A program made the position numbers and the translations under genes. Below the pieces are notes generated by a model. It ran no database searches and was not told the origin of the DNA. It worked only from the letters and a program-made list of their open reading frames with translations. A DNA stretch of 64,000 nucleotides, from the NCBI GenBank assembly GCA_964016885.1, contig OZ024746.1, positions 47,554,001-47,618,000 on the forward strand, in the 5' to 3' direction. Positions within the stretch are counted from its first letter, which is position 1, and every line of letters begins with the position of its first letter. Positions 55,753-64,000 of this stretch are shown here, piece after piece. Source of the stretch: Eledone cirrhosa. Lineage: Eukaryota.

Positions 55753-58700
55753 ATGTACGCGGAGATGCTGGAGAGAAGGCAGGTGGATGTGTGCTGCGTG
55801 CAAGAGGTGAGATGGAGAGGTGCCTCTGCGAGACTAGTCGTAGGCAAGCGTCTTAGCTATAAGCTATTCTGGGTAGGTAAGGATGATGGGTTAGGGGGAG
55901 TAGGCATTTTCCTGGCTGAGAAATGGATCAATAAGACAATAGAGGTAGTTCGAGTTAGTAATCGAATAATTAAGCTTAGATTAGTTGTAGGTAGGAGACT
56001 ACTGACAATCATCTCGGTCTATGCTCCCCAAGCAGGCCTAGGCAAAGATGAGAAAGACTGCTTTTATGAGCAACTTTTGCAAACAACCACAATGACAGAG
56101 GACGGAGACATCGTTATGCTAGCAGGAGACTTCAATGGTCATGTTGGACAGCTCCAGGATGGTTACACTGGGGTACATGGTGGGCATGGTTACGGTTCAA
56201 GAAATGAAGAAGGAGTGAGACTTCTTGAATTTTGTGATGCAAGTACATTGACTATTTGCAACACAAACTTCCAGAAACCTGCCAATCACCTAATAACCTA
56301 CAAATCTGGTGAGCACATAAGCCAGATTGACTTCCTGCTAGTTAGGCAGCGGGACAGGCAGATAGTGTCTAATACCAAGGCATACCCTGGGGAAGAATGT
56401 ACCCCACAGCATAGGTTAGTTGTTAGTGATATCTCAGTAAGCAAGAGATGGAATGAGCCATATAGGAAGGTGTGGAGAAGAAAGGTCTGGAAGCTAAAAG
56501 ACCTTTCACTAAAATTCAAATTTAGGAAAGCCCTTCAAGATGTATATGACGAAAAAGAAGACGATTTAGAGACGTATGACATAGATAATAACTGGAAGTT
56601 CTTACGTGACAACTTGCTGAAGGCTACTGATGAAACCTGTGGCTGGAGCAGAGCTCCAACCAGACAGAGAGTGACCTGGTGGTGGAACAGCAGTGTAGAT
56701 AATACTATTAGAGACAAAAGACTAGCATGGAAGGCTTGGAATAAGGGTGGGAGTAGGGAAGAATATACAGCCACTAAGAGAGAAGCTAGACGTCAGGTGT
56801 ACTTAGCACGCAGGGAGGCAGAGAGTAGGAGGTTTGCCAATGTTCTGCGACGGGAAGATCAGAGGCGTGCGGTGTTCCACATTGCAAGGCAGTGTATCAA
56901 TACAAATCAGGATGTTGTTGGTGATAAATGTGTCCGGGATGATGCCGGTGTACTTAGTGTCACGAATGACCAGAAAAAGGAGGCCTGGAAATGTCATTAT
57001 GAGAGACTGATGAATGTGGAGAACGAATGGGAGAGAGAGAAATTACCCTTGGTAGATCCGACAGAGGGACCAGCTATTGAGATTGACGAATATAGGGTCC
57101 AAGAGGCGATTAGGGAAATGAAAAATGGTAAGGCGGCCGGACCATCGGGAATAGTTGCTGAGATGCTGAAGGCATCAGGGGACGTAGGCACTAAACTGGT
57201 TGCACGCATAATCAATCAGGCTATATATGGTGGTGTCATACCCAGAGACTGGTGCAGCAGTATTCTCATAAATTGCTACAAAGGTAAAGGGGATGCTTTG
57301 GAGAGGAGCAATTATAGGGGTATAAAACTGATAGATCAGGTTATGAAAGTGGCAGAAAGGATTTTAGCACAACTAATTAGAGAAAGGGTCAAACTAGATG
57401 AGATGCAGTTTGGTTTTGTGCCTGGGAAGAGTACAACAGATGCCCTCTTCTTGGTGAGACAAATGCAAGAGAGGTTCTTAGAGAAGAATAAGCCACTATA
57501 CTTGGCCTTTGTTGACCTAGAGAAGGCCTTTGATAGGGTACCCCGATCTGTCATCTGGTGGTCCCTAAGGAAGCTGGGTGTTGAGGAATGGCTTGTAAGG
57601 ACAGTGCAAACTTTGTACAGAGGTACTCTCAGTAAAGTCAGGGTAGGAATGGAGTTTAGTGAGGAATTCCAGATACAAGTAGGAGTACATCAGGGTTCGG
57701 TCCTCAGCCCGCTCTTGTTCATTATAGTCCTCCAAGCCATAACAGAGGAGTTTAAGACTGGCTGTCCATGGGAACTTCTCTATGCTGACGATCTGGCTCT
57801 TATGGCAGAATCAGTAGAGGAGCTAGAGAATAAATTCCGGCTATGGAAACAGCAGTTGGAAGCAAGAGGACTGAGAGTAAATCTAGCTAAGACAAAAGTG
57901 TTGATGAGTAGAAAAGAGGACAAAACCCTGATTCCGTCAGGGAAATGGCCATGTTCGATATGCAGAAAAGGAACTGGCATAAATTCTATAAAATGCACAC
58001 AATGTAGGTCCTGGGTACACAAGAGATGTAGCGGGATAGCAGGCAAACTAACAGGTAGGGAGAAATATGTATGCAGTAGATGTACAGGGAAATTAGACAG
58101 TAGAAGTCGCACTGATAGACACATTTTTCAAATGCGAGAGGGCGCTATAGAAGTGGTGGATAGCTTCCGGTACCTAGGAGATCAGATTAGCATGGGAGGA
58201 GGGTGTTCCGAGGCCATAGTATCTAGAATAAGGACGGGTTGGAAGAAGTTTAGGGAGCTGCTTCCTCTGTTGACGAAGAAGGGTTTCTCCCTGCGTACGA
58301 AAGGCCGGTTGTACGATGCCTGTGTGAGGAGCGCGATGCTGCATGGTAGTGAGACATGGGCAGCTACCGCAGAAGATATGCGACGGCTGGAGAGAAATGA
58401 GGCAAGCATGCTCCGTTGGATGTGCAGTGTAAATGTGCGTGAACGACCCAGCATAAATGTGTTGAGAGAGAAACTGTGTCTGAGAGGGATAGAATGTAGT
58501 GTACGGGAGAGGAGACTGAGGTGGTATGGACATGTGATGCGCATGGAGGATGACCGATGGGTGAAGAAGTGCCAGGAAATGCCAGTTGAAGGAAGACGTA
58601 GTAGAGGTAGACCACGAAAAACATGGGCGGAGGTGGTGAGAGCAGACCTCAGATCATTGAAGCTCACGGTGGAGATGACGAGGGACCGTGACGAGTGGAG

Positions 58701-58758
58701 AGATGCTGTGCTGAATAAGACCCGTCCCACCCTTGCAAGCAGGGAAAAGCGGACGTAA
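55753..58758 (+). CDS. RTE ORF: AP endonuclease + reverse transcriptase + PHD-type finger (slightly 5'-truncated)
   Basis: VQEVRW, VYAPQ, GDFNGH, QIDF, QHRLV (APE); QFGF, FVDLEKAFD, QGSVLSP, YADD (RT); no stops or frameshifts over ~1000 codons; the ATG at 55753 comes from flanking microsatellite. Confidence 0.9.
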   Translation: MYAEMLERRQVDVCCVQEVRWRGASARLVVGKRLSYKLFWVGKDDGLGGVGIFLAEKWINKTIEVVRVSNRIIKLRLVVGRRLLTIISVYAPQAGLGKDEKDCFYEQLLQTTTMTEDGDIVMLAGDFNGHVGQLQDGYTGVHGGHGYGSRNEEGVRLLEFCDASTLTICNTNFQKPANHLITYKSGEHISQIDFLLVRQRDRQIVSNTKAYPGEECTPQHRLVVSDISVSKRWNEPYRKVWRRKVWKLKDLSLKFKFRKALQDVYDEKEDDLETYDIDNNWKFLRDNLLKATDETCGWSRAPTRQRVTWWWNSSVDNTIRDKRLAWKAWNKGGSREEYTATKREARRQVYLARREAESRRFANVLRREDQRRAVFHIARQCINTNQDVVGDKCVRDDAGVLSVTNDQKKEAWKCHYERLMNVENEWEREKLPLVDPTEGPAIEIDEYRVQEAIREMKNGKAAGPSGIVAEMLKASGDVGTKLVARIINQAIYGGVIPRDWCSSILINCYKGKGDALERSNYRGIKLIDQVMKVAERILAQLIRERVKLDEMQFGFVPGKSTTDALFLVRQMQERFLEKNKPLYLAFVDLEKAFDRVPRSVIWWSLRKLGVEEWLVRTVQTLYRGTLSKVRVGMEFSEEFQIQVGVHQGSVLSPLLFIIVLQAITEEFKTGCPWELLYADDLALMAESVEELENKFRLWKQQLEARGLRVNLAKTKVLMSRKEDKTLIPSGKWPCSICRKGTGINSIKCTQCRSWVHKRCSGIAGKLTGREKYVCSRCTGKLDSRSRTDRHIFQMREGAIEVVDSFRYLGDQISMGGGCSEAIVSRIRTGWKKFRELLPLLTKKGFSLRTKGRLYDACVRSAMLHGSETWAATAEDMRRLERNEASMLRWMCSVNVRERPSINVLREKLCLRGIECSVRERRLRWYGHVMRMEDDRWVKKCQEMPVEGRRSRGRPRKTWAEVVRADLRSLKLTVEMTRDRDEWRDAVLNKTRPTLASREKRT

Positions 58759-58785
58759 AATGATGATGATGATGATGATGATGAT
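55759..58785 (+). mobile_element. Young, nearly full-length RTE-clade LINE
   Basis: Single APE-RT ORF, stop at 58756-58758 directly followed by a (TGA)n tail; no 5'UTR. Confidence 0.97.
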
Positions 58786-60061
58786 GTGTGTATATACGTA
58801 TGATTGTGTGTATGTATGTATGTATGTATGAATATGTATGTGTGTATGGCTATGTATATATATATGTGTGTGGTTGTAATTATGTATGTGTATGTATGGA
58901 TATGTTGATATTTATGTATGTATGTGTATGTATATATATACACATATATGTGTGTGTGTATGTATGTGTGTATGTGTATGTATATATATACACATATATG
59001 TGTGTGTGTATGTATATATATATATGTGTATGTATATAATTGTGTGTGTGTGTGTGTTTGCATGTGTGTTTTTATTTTATTTTTCCTTTCCTTCTTCCTT
59101 TTCCAGCCTCACTTTCATATAGATTGCATTTTTGTTTTTAAAATCCAACGTCAATAAATGCGCCAGGATTTTTTCATTCTGATGATTGAAAGCAAAATTT
59201 TTTTTGCTTTTAAGAAACCACTGGTAAATGAAATAATTGCCTTATGTTGTTTATTACATAAATATATATATATACATACATATAATAATACAATAATGTT
59301 GTATTATTATATGTATATGCATATATATATATATATATACATAGTTTATTTAAGTAACGTGTGGTGTGCTGCTCGAATCAATTGATGCTGAGCTGATCGA
59401 TACTGAAACAATTGTAATATGCAAATAAAGTTTCCACACAAGCTGCAAATCTGACGAATTCTTTTCACTATATATACATATATGCATATACAAATATATA
59501 TATACATATATATATATTATATATACAAACATATACAGACATATATATATATATTATATATACAAACATATACAGACATATATATATAGTACACCCTACG
59601 CCATCCTCCCTCCCCCGTTCCATCCACTGTGTCGATGACACAACAGTCCACACTGTAAGGTGTAGGAAACACGGTGAAAAGGCTCCCAGTCCACACTGTA
59701 AATGTGGTTGGTGTTAGGAAGGGCATCCAGCTGTAAAAAAAACCCTGCAAGAGAGGCTTCAATGCGAGCGAGACATGGTCTCCTGACCATTCCTGCATCA
59801 AATGGAACAAAACCGTATAACCCATGCTAGCGTGGAAGATGGATCATCTTCGTTTAACGTCCATTTTCCACGCTAGCATGGGTTGTTAAACGATAATGAT
59901 GATGATGATAGATGGTGGAGCAGTTACGATGAGGATCTGGTCAATTGGCTGCGCCCTATCCCACCAACATCTGAACCATAATTTTGGAGCTGTGTGGTCC
60001 CACTACGAGGGAGGTTGGCCCAGTTGGCTGCACCAAGCCTTATAAAGGAACCATATATATA

Positions 60062-60766
60062 TATGGTTGCATGCTCTGCTGGATGTGTAATAGTAATATA
60101 CGTGAACGGCAAAGCATAAACGAACTAAGGGAAAAATTAGAAATAAGAGGGATCAGATGTTGTTTACTCGAGAGAAGACTACGTTGGTACGGTCACGTGA
60201 TGCGCATGAAAGACGACAGCTGTATAAAAAAGTACAGGGCAATAAAAATAGACGGTAGCCACGGAGTAGGCAGACCCAGAAAAACCTGGGAAGACCTGAT
60301 AAATTCCAACCTCACACATTTACACCTCTCCAAGACAATGTCACTGGACCGAGATCTTTGGCGCTACACAGTAATACAGAAGAACCGCCTTACCTAAGTG
60401 CAAAGTGAAACCTACTACAGTCAGTAGCACCTCTAACAAAATACACCCCCGTCCCACCCACACCACCCCTTTCAATGTAAAGTTATGTTGGTACCACAAC
60501 ATCCAGTCCGAAACAAATGAGGTCGTGTAGGTGTCACGAAAAAAAACAAAAAAACATACAGTCCACGCTGTAATGTGGCCATGTAGGTAACACGGTAAAA
60601 ACCTCCCAGTCCACACTGTAAACGTGGTTGGTGTTAGGAAGGGCATCCAGCCGTAGAAAACCCGCCAGACAGTCCTATGCGAGCAAGACAACCACTCTTG
60701 CCTCAAGTGGGAAAACTCCCATCCAAACCCATGCAAGCGTGGAAGATGGACGTTAAACGATGATGA
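60062..60766 (+). mobile_element. RTE LINE 3' fragment with long 3'UTR
   Basis: ERRLRWYGHVMRM..GRPRKTW; 3'UTR closely matches the reverse complement of 34401-35050. Confidence 0.92.
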
Positions 60767-60972
60767 TATATATATATATATATGCACACATATATATTTC
60801 TTCAAAATGGCTGATTGAATACACACATGCAAAGAATTTTTTTTTTTTTGTTCCTCACCCCTTCTCACTCTCTATTTCATCTGTTCTTTCTCATTTTATC
60901 TTCTGTCTTGTTTGTTCTGTTGTTTCCGTTTAGGTTTTGCATACACACACACACACACACATCAACAGTTAA

Positions 60973-61545
60973 ATAATAATAATAATGAAATTATTGTGTA
61001 CAGTGCTCAGGTGCACTACAACTCATCAAAGGTGCATGTATAGTACATAGAATAATGTACAAATGTCAGGAAAATAAACAGTGTATGAGTCATGATATAA
61101 TAACAATAACGAAATATTGTGCACAGTGCCCAGGTGCACCACAACTCATCAAAAAAGTGCATGTACAGTACATAGGGCAATGCACAAACATCAGTAAAAT
61201 GAACAGTGCACGAGTCATGATACACACATGTGTGCATGTGTATGGAAGGGGTACATCAGGTGTAGTTTTGGCGTATTTTGGGAAGCATGAGTGTCTTAAA
61301 GGGTGCAGTGTCTCGGCAGCTAACAATTGACGCAGGCAGTTTGTTCCATGCTTCAGCAACTCTGAGCGTGAAAAAATGTCTGCGAAAGTCATGGGAGCTG
61401 TGCTGTTTTCTTATCTTGTAGGCACACGTGGAGATCAAAGAGGCGCTCAGGGTTGCAGTTGGCGAGATGGTTAAAAACTTTGTGGGTATTCACCAAGTCC
61501 ATTGCCAGACGTCGGAGCTTCAATGAATCCATGCCCAGGGAAGTT
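60973..61545 (-). mobile_element. CR1-type LINE 3' fragment
   Basis: RRHFFTLRVAEAWNKLPASIV C-terminal motif, 3'UTR and (ATT)n tail. Confidence 0.85.
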
Positions 61546-64000
61546 ATACATTAACAGCTAAGATTTATTTTAAATATGAATTATATATAACCTAGAACAG
61601 AATCTCCTATGTACCTACTGCATTCCAAGTGACTACTTCATTTACTACACCAAAGAAACCTTCTAAATTAGTCTATTTTATTGGTATTCACTAACATATC
61701 ACATAAGAATCACAAAATAATTTCGTAGTCACTTAATCACTGACAGACAGGCTATTTGATTACTGTCTAACTTATTAAAATAATTGAAATTCTATCAAAT
61801 GAGTGACTATCATCAAGCAGTTATCTGATTGTTACTTTCACCTCTACCATGGGAACTACTGACATTTATATGAGATACACTGAAGAAGTTTTGTAACTTT
61901 TTTCAGGCACTTTTAATTGACCAATGTAACTCGTACAGCTTAATTTGTCAGAAGATGACAGGTTTGCTTTTGGTAATAACAGTTACCTGGAATGCGATAG
62001 ACACAAGGTTTCAGTCCCATGGCAGAGCTTGTTCTCTTCTGCTCATAAATGTCTTATAACATTTGGTTAATTTACAAAGCATTGAGAGACTTTGAAACTG
62101 GAAAATATGTTTGCTTTTTACTTTTGCGAAGCTGCCACAATGCAGATAACTAAATTTGTCTGCCTTTCTGTTTTTGTTCCCATCCAACTTTTCTCTAACT
62201 AAATAATAGTTGAATAAGTCATGTAAAGTACTCTTGGAGACAAGAAAAAGTGAACAAGAGTGCCATATACATGTCTGTCAACTTTTTTCCACCTGCAGGA
62301 ATACTTTACCCAACTTATTTAACTATTATTTATAGTTATCTGGATTGTGGCTGTCTCCCCAAAGGAAAAAACAAACATATTTTCAAATTATATTTACATA
62401 TTTATTTGATGCATGTAAAATAAACAATTTTAATAAATCAATGACTACATAGCATAAAATTAAAAGGGTAAAGTCACTCATAGATAAAGAAGCAGAGTTC
62501 AAAAACAGTTCACAACAAATGCAATTTCTGCCAATCAAAAAAAAGAAATTAGATAAATAAACATGCAATTGACCTTACTGATAATTTCAGAAAGTCATTC
62601 TGAAAATATGTGATAACTGATAATAGAACTCTTTTTCATAACAAATCTGATCCCTTTTGATCAAGCTCAAGAGATCAAGACAAGTATGTTCAATTAAGTA
62701 ATGAGTAAAATTGTATATGGCCTTTATAACAAAAACTGATCTCTTTCTCTACTGACGATGAAATCTATGCTAATTGCTAGATTAACTGATACACCTTCCA
62801 CATAAGGCCAATTTCTTTTAAAGAAACTAGATAGCCCTTGAAGCTAGATTCAAGAAGGAAGAGGATTGGCAGAATTGTTAGATTGTCAGACAAAATACCC
62901 TTCACTATTTGATCTGGCCCTGTACATTCTGAATTCAAATCCTACCAAGATCAAATAAAACAACAGTCAAATACTGAAATGAATCTAATTGACTGATACT
63001 GATTTCCCCCAAAATTCTTCAAGAAAAGAATGAGAATGTTTCAGTGAAGAACAGCAAACCAAGGTATGATCAACTTTGAAAGACATTGTGTTAGTTGAAG
63101 ATTCACTATAAGAAAATTCCATATTCAAAGTGATTATAAAAGGAATCAAATGAAAAAGCTAAATTAATATGTTGAGATAAAGTTCACAAAGAGGCTGAAA
63201 TTAACAATGTGTTATATACAAACATTTAAATTAAATTATTATCAGAATTAAGTAGTCATTTCCCCACATTTCACTATCTTAACATACAACTATCATTGTA
63301 ATAAATTGTAAGGAAAAGAAAAAGATAAATCTTTCCTAGAACAGTAGCATTTTTCCATAAAGCTAAGGACTCGTTGCATATGTAGTACAGCATCTTTTCA
63401 TGCACTGCATTGACATTTTTCTCAACTCTGAGTCCTTACTTTCCAGAATGTGATATTATTAGTTTCATGCAGCAACTATCATCCATTTACATGTTAAGTA
63501 AAACTAGATCATGATATCACAAGTTCCAACCCTAGAATTACCCCTAACAAAAGATACCTTAGTAAAACATAAGAGCTACTCACACTTTAGTGGTAGGACG
63601 ATTAGGTATCTATCTGTAAAATACTTCAATCAAAGCTAAATTTCAGTAAAACAATTATCAGAGTTGAAAAAAAAAAATTAAAAAAATAGAACTGCTAACA
63701 AGACTATAATATTATCATTAGTTTTACATCTACTTTTCTAAGCTGACATAGCTAGATGGGCTTGGCATACAAACATCTTAATATCGAAGAAAAATTTCTT
63801 GGATATTAAAAAGATATGAACTTGTGTATCTCAGTCTCCTATTTCAAAATCCTAACCTTGATCTATAAAGTTGCTTAAATGTTTCCTAATTGATTTAATT
63901 TCTATTCAGAACTGATAAACCAAGATTGTAAGGAATGATGTATGACAATTTAAATATTGAGAAGCATTAAACATTATATTTACGGTACTATAAATTTTCA

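Larger units (their letters stand above)
55197..59261. repeat. ~1 kb foldback palindrome interrupted by a LINE
   Basis: Left arm 55197-55679, loop ~55680-55683, right arm 55684-55758 plus 58786-59261; unique parts are near-perfect reverse complements. Confidence 0.93.

Noticed and set aside
59176-59200. CTGATGATTGAAA in the palindrome arm as a hammerhead
   Set aside because: No room for stem II and no stem I/III pairing.
55197-59261. Novel RT element with terminal inverted repeats
   Set aside because: The palindrome centre lies outside the LINE and the LINE has its own (TGA)n tail, so this is a nested insertion.
54268-64000. MPI exons 1-2 (YxWGK...PYAE)
   Set aside because: Motifs not found by eye on the minus strand; presumably beyond the window end.

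Overview
AT-rich, repeat-dense animal DNA; the SINE, RTE and microsatellite content suggests a coleoid cephalopod (octopus-like), which is inference. Two convergent intron-rich host genes are present. A WD40/FYVE gene of the WDFY1/WDFY2 family lies on + (coding exons 2-12, 9685-36380; exon 1 not found) and has a clear U12-type minor-spliceosome intron at 24834-26260. Mannose-6-phosphate isomerase (MPI) lies on - (six exons, 54267 down to 47129; first exons presumably beyond the window). The rest is mobile DNA: an RTE LINE family whose ORF carries a C4HC3 PHD-type finger, including one stop-free ~1000-aa copy inserted into a ~1 kb foldback palindrome; RLE-type and CR1-type LINE relics; tRNA-like SINEs; piggyBac-type MITEs; and a ~5 kb (TA/TG)n tract that produces only spurious ORFs. 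The most unusual signal is a set of self-cleaving-ribozyme motifs. Three unrelated type I hammerheads sit in sense orientation in WDFY introns. One has a U3-A8 core variant and belongs to a young ~316-bp tandem plus inverted retrozyme/Penelope-like unit. There are also two weaker HDV-like candidates at element 5' junctions. All structures were read by eye; none was computed or tested. Repeat boundaries are approximate.
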